This document shows, in pieces, positions 49,666 through 59,275 of a stretch of DNA of 64,000 nucleotides. The DNA lies in IMG/VR virus record IMGVR_UViG_3300015214_000001, positions 1-64,000 of that record, one strand, 5' to 3'. This DNA is from a virus. Lineage: Duplodnaviria > Caudoviricetes. The notes under the pieces were generated by a model. That model ran no database searches. It saw nothing but the letters and a program-made list of their open reading frames with translations, and was not told the DNA's origin. The position numbers and the translations under genes are program-made. Every line of letters begins with the position of its first letter. The stretch's first letter is position 1.

Positions 49666-50361
49666 TCAGTCGTGCTTTCTTGATTTTAACTCATTTTTAT
49701 ATGACATTCGATACTCTCTTAAGCAATTCAGGCATCTTCCATATGCTGTATTCAAAGTATAATGACGTGGGAAATTTCCACATTTGGCACATAGAACAAC
49801 TTCTCCGTTTTGTAGCCGCTGTAACATTCGTTGGTTACGTCTCTTTTTCTCATTACTGCTATATTCTAAATAACACTTCTTGCAATAGCCACACAACCCA
49901 CCACCGCTATGCCTATGTAGTTTTCCTTTACACTTAGGGCATTTAGCACCTTTTGATCTCTCAGTTCCATTTTTTAAATACCTGAGTCTACAGCGTTCAC
50001 GGTTACACAGCAGACAATATCTTTGCAATTTCCCAGACTCCCCAATATGCTTTACATTAGTTTTGCACATTGGGCATATCTTACTACCATCATCAGGCTT
50101 GTTTAATATAACCAATATGTCGACAGCGCGAGATGTTAGCATATACTTTGTAGAGCCTTGTATTTCTGCTTTGTTAATGAGCCTGCGACGCAATAACGCT
50201 CTAATCGTGTTATCAGAAATATCATCTAATGTAACCCATATAAACTCATCCGCTATGCTTTGCATTTCTCGCATCACATAGTACATCATTGCGGTAATAG
50301 GCTCACCATTTACAATACGCTTTTCCCAACCGATAACACGTTTTGCTTTCTTATGTAGCAA
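49666..50361 (-). CDS. Multi-CxxC zinc-finger protein
   Basis: Six CxxC motifs in the basic C-terminal half; possible winged-helix N-terminus. Confidence 0.7.
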   Translation of the reverse strand: MLHKKAKRVIGWEKRIVNGEPITAMMYYVMREMQSIADEFIWVTLDDISDNTIRALLRRRLINKAEIQGSTKYMLTSRAVDILVILNKPDDGSKICPMCKTNVKHIGESGKLQRYCLLCNRERCRLRYLKNGTERSKGAKCPKCKGKLHRHSGGGLCGYCKKCYLEYSSNEKKRRNQRMLQRLQNGEVVLCAKCGNFPRHYTLNTAYGRCLNCLREYRMSYKNELKSRKHD

Positions 50362-50400
50362 TTCCTTGTTCTCCTGTGTAGTTATTATGTCCTGATTGCT

Positions 50401-51672
50401 TTAAGGTTGCTCAACGGCATTTGAATGAATATTAGCTGAATGTGCCATGTCATAGGTCATAATGTAAGGCACTGCACCATACCTGCCGACTAAATAACCC
50501 ATAGATAACCATTCCCCTTTGCGTTTCTCGTAATCACTTAATGGGGTTAAAATGGAGCGTCTCTTTTCGTTGGCGCTAATGTCTGGTCTGATGAATTCGA
50601 CAAACCAAACTTGCCCCCTATCTAACCAATTCATCACGTTAACCTGTTGTGTAGCTAGTAGAACCTGCGAGCCAGTTATATTAAATTCGCTATCATGAAC
50701 TAGATCAAGGATAGCATCACAAACGGCAGGATGTAGACCTTCACCATAATTATCTATGACGATAAAGCGTGGATTTTGTCTATTAAATTCTTGATGCAAT
50801 AAACAAAATGTTGCAATCGCTTCTTTCGCGCCGATTGGTAAATCACTCCATAAGATCAACTTGTTATGCACACTATCACGAAATGCCAACTCAGTTGATT
50901 TTACTAATTTTAAGTTGAGATCAGTCTGTGCAGCGCCTACACCTTTAGGGTAGTGTGGTGTAATATCTTGAATCTCAACATTTGATAACTCAAAATCACT
51001 AGCATATAAAAAGCAAGTTAGGGCTTGGCGCAAGGTTTCATTATGGAGCAAGCCACGAATGGCTTCTCGTTTATTGTCCTCATCAACAAAACAGAATAAC
51101 TTTTTAATGTATGCGTGGATCGTCTTTAACTGCGGAACATATCGGCTGGCATGTCCCAAGAACAATGCCTTGTATTGCATATCGTCTTTGCGTAATACTG
51201 AGGAAGGACTTCCCTTCAATGAGCGACCAAAGTTAAATTCATGGCTATTTCTTGTAAATAGCATCTGTGCGCGTTTATTAGGGTAGATATATAACCATTC
51301 TTCCAAAATATCAGCATCAGGTGATAAGACAAACCCATATTGATGTTTCACGCCATCTAGCAGAAACGTCAATTCTAGTTCAATCGGCATAGATGAATTA
51401 CCCCAATGAGTGTGTGGCTCAATGATTTCCTTGCTGAGACTACCAGTATAATTATCTGACTTCGCTACGAGGTCATAGAAAAATTTCATACCCGATAAGA
51501 AGTTAGACTTCCCTGCGCTGTTTTTTCCAAATAACGCATTCATAGATAACAAGGGCATTGCTTCTGTCCCAGTAAGATTTCGTGAGTTTTTCTCACCCTT
51601 AACCTGTGTAAACAGTAGGATTGTTTCTGTCTTAAATGATTTATATCCAGACAATTTAAACTTAATAATCAT
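50401..51672 (-). CDS. AAA_21/RloA-like ABC-type ATPase
   Basis: YKSFK, Walker A GKNSAGKS, EEWL, degenerate Walker B VIDNYGEGLHP, QVWFVE, YLVGRYGAVP. Confidence 0.85.
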   Translation of the reverse strand: MIIKFKLSGYKSFKTETILLFTQVKGEKNSRNLTGTEAMPLLSMNALFGKNSAGKSNFLSGMKFFYDLVAKSDNYTGSLSKEIIEPHTHWGNSSMPIELELTFLLDGVKHQYGFVLSPDADILEEWLYIYPNKRAQMLFTRNSHEFNFGRSLKGSPSSVLRKDDMQYKALFLGHASRYVPQLKTIHAYIKKLFCFVDEDNKREAIRGLLHNETLRQALTCFLYASDFELSNVEIQDITPHYPKGVGAAQTDLNLKLVKSTELAFRDSVHNKLILWSDLPIGAKEAIATFCLLHQEFNRQNPRFIVIDNYGEGLHPAVCDAILDLVHDSEFNITGSQVLLATQQVNVMNWLDRGQVWFVEFIRPDISANEKRRSILTPLSDYEKRKGEWLSMGYLVGRYGAVPYIMTYDMAHSANIHSNAVEQP

Positions 51673-51719
51673 AGTTGTTTACTTCACTTTCATTACTTAG
51701 ATAACTAACACCAATCATA

Positions 51720-52169
51720 TCAAATACGTTGCCAGTTCCACAAGCCTTGTTTTCCGATAACTTGTATCGGTGTATCTAACTGCTCAATCAATCTCATCTT
51801 CCAACCGAAACGCCCTTCTGACCAATCCCCCACTGCTAACTCAATTTCTTGTTGGCGCGGGGTATAAAATTGATGTGCAGTTGCTTTATAGGCTTCTGAT
51901 GGGATCACATCTTCTAAATAGCAAATACTGATAATCGCGCCTAATACTGGTTGCTCAATATCAATCAAGCTATTTAGCTCTGGATAACGGCTCAGTAAGC
52001 TAATACTAGTATGCTTTAAGCGATTATCCCATCGTTTAGCAGCATGAATAGCAATTAGTCCACGATAATTAGTTGACCAACCGCGAGTCTCAAATGTCTT
52101 GCTATGACCAATAAAACTTGCCCATGGTTGCCAGACTGTTAATGCTTTAACCGTTTCCATTGATCCCAC
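51720..52169 (-). CDS. ASCH domain protein
   Basis: KALTVWQPWAS, KTFETRGWSTNYRGLIAIHAAK, GKQGLW. Confidence 0.9.
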   Translation of the reverse strand: MGSMETVKALTVWQPWASFIGHSKTFETRGWSTNYRGLIAIHAAKRWDNRLKHTSISLLSRYPELNSLIDIEQPVLGAIISICYLEDVIPSEAYKATAHQFYTPRQQEIELAVGDWSEGRFGWKMRLIEQLDTPIQVIGKQGLWNWQRI

Positions 52170-52974
52170 TTGACCTTTCTTCTATTAACTTACTTAATAT
52201 ATGTTGCCAACCTCTAATCAAAGAGACTTCTGAGTGGTTTGCTTGCTTTGCAGGCGATATTATCTCGACTATATTAGTAGATGCACATCCGATAGCTACA
52301 CCAATCCCTTTAGACGAAAACTTATCAAGATTGCGTTCTATTGGCTTCACATGGTACTTATCCATGACCACATAAGAATAATTACTAAAAAGTGTATTTA
52401 TATGAGCTTGATATAATACCTTTTTCCAATTTGATAATTTCGCTTCTATGGCCGTGACGTGTCTAACTATCTTACTCAGGTTTGTGACTGTCAGTGTCAT
52501 GCCTTCAAAAGTAGATGCTTTATCAAATGGTCTATTATCATTTACCCTTAAGTAACCAGCCTGAACCATCTTATATAGCCCTTGTCGATATTGTTTGGTG
52601 ATGACATTAGATGAATATTGTTTCTTATCATGGTATTTCTTTTGCATAATAGACATATCATCATAATACTTGCGCCAATGAGAAACGCCAGCATTGATAA
52701 GTTCATCACAATCTATATGTGTATGATTTAGAATTGATGCGAAGAATTCCCACCATATCCCGCGCTCCAATATTACACCATTATCTTGTGATGGCAAATC
52801 ATATAATAAATTCGTGTTAATAACACCTGCTACCAGGTCAGCTATGCCTGATCTAACTTGCAATTCTGGATAGCATACTACTTCTTCATGAGGTTCAATC
52901 GGCGGAAGGAATAAGCCGATGTTGTCTTTAGTGAGTGCGACAAGATCGGCTTCCCACCTAAACTTAACGCGCAT
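52147..52974 (-). CDS. PD-(D/E)XK nuclease-fold protein
   Basis: E..V.SGIADLV ... AIEAKLSNWKKVLYQA ... SYVVM ... GIGV. Confidence 0.75.
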   Translation of the reverse strand: MRVKFRWEADLVALTKDNIGLFLPPIEPHEEVVCYPELQVRSGIADLVAGVINTNLLYDLPSQDNGVILERGIWWEFFASILNHTHIDCDELINAGVSHWRKYYDDMSIMQKKYHDKKQYSSNVITKQYRQGLYKMVQAGYLRVNDNRPFDKASTFEGMTLTVTNLSKIVRHVTAIEAKLSNWKKVLYQAHINTLFSNYSYVVMDKYHVKPIERNLDKFSSKGIGVAIGCASTNIVEIISPAKQANHSEVSLIRGWQHILSKLIEERSSGINGNG

Positions 52975-53611
52975 TACTATAAGCCTCTAAAGCAACGCGA
53001 GATGGCTGAGGTTGCTTTTTGCTGGTGATAACTCTATCTACTTGAAATTGCGGATAGCTATCTAATGTTTTCAGCAATCCCGATACCATCGCTTCATCTG
53101 GTCGTGACAAAATAACAGTCCACTGCTCGGATACTGGCGTGTAAAACAAGTGCAGTCCAGTGGTTTGTTGATAATCAACATAAATACTAATGCGATAACT
53201 ATAATTTAAGATTTCAATATCAAGTGGTGCATAAGCATCATCTTCTATTTGGCTAGGGAAATATTCGCCTAACAAAAAACCCCAACGTTGCTTTGAGTGT
53301 GGAAGAACAACAGTTACTGTGTCTTGCTCACTCAAGACTTTCTGCATCCAATACCTGCGCCCTAACCATGTACTAGCGATACTGCCATCATCGCGTTTAT
53401 GTGAGATATGTTTAACTGTGTTAATAAAATCCCACCGCAAACGGCTAAGAACACCCAGTTTACTTGCATCTGACCAATTAATGAGTAGCTTTTCTACCAA
53501 CTCATCATTAACACCTTCACTGCCTAGCCGAATAATACTTAACTCACCATAACGCCACCGATTAAATCTATTGAGGATTGCTTTCATTAGCAATGTCTCC
53601 TTCCATTTCAT
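52964..53611 (-). CDS. Hypothetical protein
   Basis: 215 aa ORF. Confidence 0.75.
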   Translation of the reverse strand: MKWKETLLMKAILNRFNRWRYGELSIIRLGSEGVNDELVEKLLINWSDASKLGVLSRLRWDFINTVKHISHKRDDGSIASTWLGRRYWMQKVLSEQDTVTVVLPHSKQRWGFLLGEYFPSQIEDDAYAPLDIEILNYSYRISIYVDYQQTTGLHLFYTPVSEQWTVILSRPDEAMVSGLLKTLDSYPQFQVDRVITSKKQPQPSRVALEAYSNAR

Positions 53612-54260
53612 AGAGTGTCAAGATTACTTTCTTAAATAGTTTCACACCAAACTCTCCGCCGACTTCATCAGTTATGACGATGCGCTGTCCATTGTCTTTA
53701 ATTATAAAATCAGGGTAAAAGTTGCCGTGTTCATCAAGTCCATACCTTCGTTGCAACTTAAAATATCGTTGATTGATGGTGTTATGAAATGCAAATGTCA
53801 CAATGGAATTCCGATCAACAATCTTATCGGTAGGATTAAATAATTCTTGGGTAATAGACAAATTCCACCCTGCATCAGCTAAACGACACATCGTGTCAAA
53901 ACTATAACGTTGACGTGAGACCGATGTAAATAACGATAAAACCGAAAGAAAATAATCACGTTCGATACTATTAATGATAGCTTCTACTTCTAGCGGGTTG
54001 TTCTTATAATCTACATCAACCAGTGGTGTTCTGTCGTCTCGCGTTACGCCGTCAAATGATATGGAATCGCCGTTCACAGTTAAAATGATAGTTTCATTAC
54101 GATATATGTCATTTGGAGAATGAGGCTTATAATGCCTGATAGAAATATCACAGCTGTTAACTGCCACCTCAGTGGATCGAGAAAATAGCTTTAATAATGC
54201 AGGCCGATCCACTGATACTTTATTTAAAGCGTCAATTACTAATTGGCTATTCTTGTTCAT
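53568..54260 (-). CDS. Hypothetical protein
   Basis: 230 aa ORF. Confidence 0.75.
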   Translation of the reverse strand: MNKNSQLVIDALNKVSVDRPALLKLFSRSTEVAVNSCDISIRHYKPHSPNDIYRNETIILTVNGDSISFDGVTRDDRTPLVDVDYKNNPLEVEAIINSIERDYFLSVLSLFTSVSRQRYSFDTMCRLADAGWNLSITQELFNPTDKIVDRNSIVTFAFHNTINQRYFKLQRRYGLDEHGNFYPDFIIKDNGQRIVITDEVGGEFGVKLFKKVILTLYEMEGDIANESNPQ

Positions 54261-54939
54261 TTAATCCATCACTCCAACCTGCCAAATACATGGCAACATC
54301 AAGCGCATTATACTCTTTTGCTCCACCAGTCCAGATGTTATAATCTAGCTTGACTTCATTAAATAGATAGCTATTAACTCTGATGTCGCTTCCATCCTTT
54401 AATATTACAACTTGCCTACTAGACATCGACAATTCATGACGGATTGCCGCGTCTCGTTCTTCTGATCCTGGAATAAATTTAACTCCCCAACTCAAGCGCA
54501 TATAAGGGCTTGACCATTCAGAGAACCGCATCATTGAGCCAAAAATATCATTAACCACAGTTCGTAATTGTGTCAAAATCACAACGGTGGGGTCAACTAA
54601 CAATGCAAATAGTTGCCGTTCTGTCAGGTCTGTGTAAACATCCTTCTGGGAGATGTAAACATCGTCATGTTCCCATGTCGCTTCAAATTGCAAATGGACT
54701 TCATCTTTCATAACTGTAATTTCGTATTTTGGCCTCCAGTTGTAAAATGGAATCAACACCACAACTGCATCTTTCCCATCTACCTGTCTCAAGGAGAAGA
54801 AATCGTCATTCGGACATGCTATGTTCTCGTATGATGTTTTTCCAGCTACCCAGTCACAGATTGACTGAGCTTCCTCCTCAGTTAGCAAGTCGGCATTTAG
54901 CCACTTGTGATAATCAATGCTATCTTCTGGTTTTTTCAC
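54247..54939 (-). CDS. Hypothetical protein (possible family D)
   Basis: 230 aa ORF; DGKDAVVVLI, VAMYLAG. Confidence 0.75.
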   Translation of the reverse strand: MKKPEDSIDYHKWLNADLLTEEEAQSICDWVAGKTSYENIACPNDDFFSLRQVDGKDAVVVLIPFYNWRPKYEITVMKDEVHLQFEATWEHDDVYISQKDVYTDLTERQLFALLVDPTVVILTQLRTVVNDIFGSMMRFSEWSSPYMRLSWGVKFIPGSEERDAAIRHELSMSSRQVVILKDGSDIRVNSYLFNEVKLDYNIWTGGAKEYNALDVAMYLAGWSDGLNEQE

Positions 54940-55056
54940 AACTATTCCTTTCTATCTTTTAGAGCCATGATACATGGAGATTGTTTTGTTTGCAAGAATG
55001 AATATATAACGTGAAGGAGAATAGTTTTAATTCCCTCGAAATCGAGGGAATTGAGA

Positions 55057-55677
55057 CTAACTCAAGATGTCATCTAGCGCTTGTAAAGTCATAACAAATG
55101 GTGGAATACTGCTATCCGTTATGGTTATAGTCGGACTGTTCATTACTAAGGTAAACGAGCCTTGCTTGTCTACTGATACACAGAAACTGCGCTCATCCAG
55201 TGTGTTTTGGAATTTGACAGACATCCCCTGTATATCGGCAATCGCCGTTACTGCAATGCCTTTATCGAATAATTTATGGATCAAAAGACCATAATCATAA
55301 AGATCATGCGATAATTCATATCCATCGCTGATGACAATAAGCAATGCTTTAAAATAAGGCTGATTAACATGCTTGAATATGGTATCAATCGAAACTTCAT
55401 CAACAACATCAAACTGCGCCACGCCTGAATGATGAATGCACATTTTCACTGTGTCATAGTTAACCCAAAAGTTAAACGAGTCGTGCATAGTAAAAATGGT
55501 GAATTGGTGTGTATAATTATTCCATGACTGTTTGTGACATTCTATGCTGGAATACTGGGATAACATCCCTTCTGGGTTTGTTAAGTCAGGGCTGGTAATT
55601 AACCCATCGGCCAGCAGTTTTAATTGTGCGATTGGTTCAAGTGAATTGATTTCATCTTGAGAAATATTTTTACTCAT
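55057..55677 (-). CDS. Hypothetical protein
   Basis: 206 aa ORF. Confidence 0.75.
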   Translation of the reverse strand: MSKNISQDEINSLEPIAQLKLLADGLITSPDLTNPEGMLSQYSSIECHKQSWNNYTHQFTIFTMHDSFNFWVNYDTVKMCIHHSGVAQFDVVDEVSIDTIFKHVNQPYFKALLIVISDGYELSHDLYDYGLLIHKLFDKGIAVTAIADIQGMSVKFQNTLDERSFCVSVDKQGSFTLVMNSPTITITDSSIPPFVMTLQALDDILS

Positions 55678-55982
55678 AAAACACTCCTTAATGTTAGATC
55701 ATTCTTGATTTCGATAACAAATTGTAAATCCTTATCTGGATATACCACAAAGGTAATATTTTCTTCTGTGGTATATAGTGTATTAATTCCACCGATAAAA
55801 TCTACTAATTTAGTGACATTCTCAATATAACGCTCTTTTAATTCTGCTATATATGCCTCTAAAGATGAGATGTCATCCTGTTTATCAAATGAGAGATGGT
55901 TAATTACTATTTCGCATTCTGTCATCTCATTTTGAAGCAATAACAAAAAGTGCATATAATCTTTGACTGATATTAGCGTCAT
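55674..55982 (-). CDS. Hypothetical protein
   Basis: 102 aa ORF. Confidence 0.7.
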   Translation of the reverse strand: MTLISVKDYMHFLLLLQNEMTECEIVINHLSFDKQDDISSLEAYIAELKERYIENVTKLVDFIGGINTLYTTEENITFVVYPDKDLQFVIEIKNDLTLRSVL

Positions 55983-55994
55983 GGCATTTTCCTT

Positions 55995-56771
55995 TTAAAC
56001 CGCTAGATTTGGAAAATCTTCACGCCATTGATCTGTTTGCCACTTCAAGTTTCCTTTGAAGAAAACATGAACACCTTGCTTGTCAAATAACGACAATAGA
56101 CCGCTAACCCATTCTGGCTCAGGTTGGAAGATGCGATTGCCGTTTGTTGCAGCGCCGATAACTGCCCAATTTAACGCATGGTTATATTCTGCGATTAATG
56201 GTGCAATATCAAACGACAAAGGTTCAATAGACATCCACGTAATGTTATTCGGAAACTCACTTAGCACCTTCATCTGACGATGCACCATGCGTTCTTGCTG
56301 ATTGTGTGTCAGTGGTTTACCAAACATTTGAGATGGGGGTGCGCTAACACCTACCCATAAATTAGGCAGACTACTAATTTCATCTTTGAATTCAAGCAAT
56401 CTAGGTGCATTTTTCGTCAGCAATTGGAAGCTGTGCCAATGCGCTTCACGAACCACACTTAACACCTGCATAATCTCGTCGGCAGATACCCAAGCGCCCA
56501 TTAAGTCACTCATACTATCTAAAAAGATACGCGAGGGTTGTTTTTGTTTTAACGGTTCGTTCAAACGGTCTGGATGCCAATAATGATGCTCAAACCCGTT
56601 GGGGTAAAACTTAGGTGATTTCATGCGATCCGCAATTGTTTCAGCATAGCAAATCGCAGTTGTTCCATCAGGCATTTCCCATCGACAGCCGTGCTGACAA
56701 CCGCCGACTGGATTCCATGTAAAATCAGTCCATTCAATCCCTCTTGATTTTCCATTCTTTTGTTTATTCAT
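55995..56771 (-). CDS. DUF5131 (phage Gp37/Gp68, radical-SAM-like) protein
   Basis: IEWTDFTWNPVGGC...C...CYAE, SMSDL, FQLLTK, SIEPL, FFK. Confidence 0.9.
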   Translation of the reverse strand: MNKQKNGKSRGIEWTDFTWNPVGGCQHGCRWEMPDGTTAICYAETIADRMKSPKFYPNGFEHHYWHPDRLNEPLKQKQPSRIFLDSMSDLMGAWVSADEIMQVLSVVREAHWHSFQLLTKNAPRLLEFKDEISSLPNLWVGVSAPPSQMFGKPLTHNQQERMVHRQMKVLSEFPNNITWMSIEPLSFDIAPLIAEYNHALNWAVIGAATNGNRIFQPEPEWVSGLLSLFDKQGVHVFFKGNLKWQTDQWREDFPNLAV

Positions 56772-56782
56772 GTTATGCCTTT

Positions 56783-57082
56783 CTATATGAAAAAGTAGTT
56801 TAACTGGTATAGTGCGCTATTAGCGAGGCGTTCAGCTTCATTAGCGCTGTTAGTCGGATTAGACTTATAGATAATATGATCTTCTACTTGAGGAGTTAGT
56901 TCCCATAAAATATCGCTTACCCACACTCGACTAACCCACTTTACCTTGTTACGCCTAACGATCTCACTAGCGATGCTAATGTGGATAAACTGGCCTGAAT
57001 GCTCGATCTTTTTTGCTTTTACTTGCGCTTCTGGTGTATTACAATATGTAATCCAACTCATACTACCCTTCTTTCTTCCCAT
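56783..57082 (-). CDS. Hypothetical protein
   Basis: 99 aa ORF. Confidence 0.65.
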   Translation of the reverse strand: MGRKKGSMSWITYCNTPEAQVKAKKIEHSGQFIHISIASEIVRRNKVKWVSRVWVSDILWELTPQVEDHIIYKSNPTNSANEAERLANSALYQLNYFFI

Positions 57083-57338
57083 GAAAAATTATTTTTGCCA
57101 ATCCTGCATTGATAATTTCTTTCATTGCATCAATAGCTTCTTGTTCAGTAAGATAATTATCCGTATCAGCAATTCTAATACATTGATCCCATGCTATAAT
57201 GTCAAGCGATGCGAAATATTCTTTACTTCTATAAGTTTCTTGAGCATATAAGAGTAAAAGTAAGTCATCACCTAATTCACAATATAGTTTAATTAGGCCG
57301 TCATCAGTTTTTCCTTCAATCCATTTGCTATTCTGCAT
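57063..57338 (-). CDS. Hypothetical protein
   Basis: 91 aa ORF. Confidence 0.7.
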   Translation of the reverse strand: MQNSKWIEGKTDDGLIKLYCELGDDLLLLLYAQETYRSKEYFASLDIIAWDQCIRIADTDNYLTEQEAIDAMKEIINAGLAKIIFHGKKEG

Positions 57339-57347
57339 AATTCGCCC

Positions 57348-57605
57348 TTACTTCTTTTTTCGCCATGAATAAGCGAAAATAACATCATCACCTGATATTC
57401 TATATTCAATACCTGAATCTAGCAATGCTAACTTTACAACAGTGTCTTTGGGGTCTGGCATATCGGGGTAATATTCATCTAAGAAGGCGACATAGAACGC
57501 TAACACCATTTCAGTATTCATCCACCAATTCAATGGCATATGATGTTCTATGAATTCTTTTAATAATGCTTTGTGCGTTGTTTTATAAACTTTCTTATAT
57601 CCCAC
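57348..57605 (-). CDS. Hypothetical protein
   Basis: 85 aa ORF. Confidence 0.7.
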   Translation of the reverse strand: MGYKKVYKTTHKALLKEFIEHHMPLNWWMNTEMVLAFYVAFLDEYYPDMPDPKDTVVKLALLDSGIEYRISGDDVIFAYSWRKKK

Positions 57606-57614
57606 CTCAGCGCC

Positions 57615-58118
57615 TCATATTCCTATTAAACGTATAAGGATAAACTCAACTAACATTTTGGGACTAAACAAAAACCACTCAAGATGATAACGCAATCCAG
57701 CGTAGTGGTCATGAAAAACGCGCTCACCATGCACTTCATCTGGAACTTTAACATTCCACCAAACAAAAATCCCGAATGGTGCGGCAGTACGATGGCTACG
57801 TAGGCGGCTATTTTGATCTGCGCTTCTGCCAATCTTAACCACTGGTAAAATAATGCCTATATCTGAAAAAGCATATATATATCCACCACCACGAACGCGA
57901 TTAATACGCCGTGATTTATTTTTATTGCCATGTCTTGACTTAAAGTGCATTTTATACTTTAGGCGCGTATATCCATATACACCCCATAAGACACAAAAAC
58001 ACAACCACAACAAAAGAAGATGTTTTGTTACATCCCAGTTATTGGTCATCATATAAACGATACACCATGAGATCGGATATATAGAGTAACTGATTACAGA
58101 TTTTAGTATTAAACCCAT
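57615..58118 (-). CDS. GIY-YIG (T5orf172/MUG113-like) domain protein with N-terminal membrane helices
   Basis: GYIYAF...VKIGRS....RL...E..FH......EWF. Confidence 0.8.
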   Translation of the reverse strand: MGLILKSVISYSIYPISWCIVYMMTNNWDVTKHLLLLWLCFCVLWGVYGYTRLKYKMHFKSRHGNKNKSRRINRVRGGGYIYAFSDIGIILPVVKIGRSADQNSRLRSHRTAAPFGIFVWWNVKVPDEVHGERVFHDHYAGLRYHLEWFLFSPKMLVEFILIRLIGI

Positions 58119-58147
58119 TTATATACCATACCTAATTTTAGAAAACA

Positions 58148-58170
58148 AAAAACGTGGAAGTCCACGTTTT
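58148..58170. repeat. 24-bp palindrome, copy 9
   Basis: AAAAACGTGGAAGTCCACGTTTT, just 3' of the tRNA-like RNAs. Confidence 0.95.
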
Positions 58171-58184
58171 AAAAAAGTGTTATG

Positions 58185-58261
58185 TGGAAGTGTGCGGACT
58201 CGAACCGCAGTACAACGCCTATCTCTTTACAAATAAACGCTGGCAATGCCATATCACTCCC
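58185..58261 (-). ncRNA. tRNA-like RNA 2 (mini tmRNA-TLD-like, Ala identity)
   Basis: GGGAGUG/CACUUCC-A acceptor with G3-U70, T-arm UGCGG-UUCGAGU-CCGCA, no D-stem, long central stem capped by GUAA. Confidence 0.8.
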
Positions 58262-58286
58262 ATTTAATAATAATAGTTCTAATAAG

Positions 58287-58365
58287 TGGAGGTGCAGAGG
58301 ATCGAACTCTGATGTAACGCAGTCCCTTGCAGGCTTTAATGCGTTGCACACGCCATATCACCCCC
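58287..58365 (-). ncRNA. tRNA-like RNA 1 (mini tmRNA-TLD-like, Ala identity)
   Basis: GGGGGUG/CACCUCC-A acceptor with G3-U70, T-arm CAGAG-UUCGAUC-CUCUG, no D-stem, central stem capped by GCAA. Confidence 0.8.
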
Positions 58366-58377
58366 TCATTAGAACTC

Positions 58378-58406
58378 ATGATAGCATTTGAGCTTATCGC
58401 TGTCAA
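58378..58406 (-). promoter_or_regulatory. Sigma70 promoter for the tRNA-like RNA pair
   Basis: TTGACA-17 bp-(TG.)TATCAT, 12 nt before RNA 1. Confidence 0.8.
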
Positions 58407-58413
58407 GTATGAG

Positions 58414-58929
58414 TTATAGCAATTCGTCAGGCAAAAGATTGGCATCCAAATTGAAAGTTGTTTCAGGTTCTTCTAAATCGGCAACAAGTCGTCCCCATCG
58501 ACTATCAACCTGTGAAAGTGATTGAATGGCAAAGAATAAAGCGATATACGCTTCTTTGTATTTTTCGCCATCGCGCATCGAATAACCTTTAACATCCTTG
58601 ACCATTTGGTAAAGCTCAACGAGATAATAAAGCACTTCATTTAAAGCAACTTTACTCTCATCTGTTTTGCTAATACATGATCGAGTCAAAATAAGTAAAC
58701 TCTTGACGTTAGATGTGAGAATAACATTACTTTGAGAGACCTTAGTCGTTATGTCGTTGAATTGGCTAATCAATTGCGCGATAGGATGTTCATGTAGATT
58801 ATCATAAGGCGCTTTGAATGATTTAATCGGCAATGTTTTCTCGGCCTTTAAATCTATGATCTTTTTTATTGTGCCTTGCTTTAAACGATTATATAATTTT
58901 CCCTTTTTACTCGACATCACTCTTACCAT
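58414..58929 (-). CDS. Hypothetical protein
   Basis: 171 aa ORF. Confidence 0.75.
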   Translation of the reverse strand: MVRVMSSKKGKLYNRLKQGTIKKIIDLKAEKTLPIKSFKAPYDNLHEHPIAQLISQFNDITTKVSQSNVILTSNVKSLLILTRSCISKTDESKVALNEVLYYLVELYQMVKDVKGYSMRDGEKYKEAYIALFFAIQSLSQVDSRWGRLVADLEEPETTFNLDANLLPDELL

Positions 58930-59206
58930 CGCTATTTATTTTAGAAACAATTTCTTTAATTTCCGACATGGTTTCTTCAACAGATTGATTGTTTTTATGT
59001 GCCAAGTAAGCGATTATTGCCTCATTGACATCCAATAGCAATTGGACATCATTTACGAGGTTGTTAATAACAACATTGAGATCAACTGATTCGCTATCCT
59101 CATCAGAATTAGCGATTGATAATAATGCCAATTCTGCCTGCGTAGGGGTCTTTTCTCTAGCGTCACCACTAGTAGGTAGATTGATCTTTCGCATAACCCG
59201 TGTCAT
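58907..59206 (-). CDS. Hypothetical protein
   Basis: 99 aa ORF with RBS. Confidence 0.7.
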   Translation of the reverse strand: MTRVMRKINLPTSGDAREKTPTQAELALLSIANSDEDSESVDLNVVINNLVNDVQLLLDVNEAIIAYLAHKNNQSVEETMSEIKEIVSKINSDGKSDVE

Positions 59207-59275
59207 ATATTCCCACCTTTAATAAAAACACATCTATAGATAGGTATATTTTAACACGGGTTGTACAGCGTTATT

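Noticed and set aside
58185-58365. Ordinary tRNA-Ala(UGC), tRNA-Tyr(GUA) or full tmRNA
   Set aside because: No D-stem or canonical 5-bp/7-nt anticodon arm can be drawn. Each unit is under 80 nt with no tag reading frame or pseudoknots.
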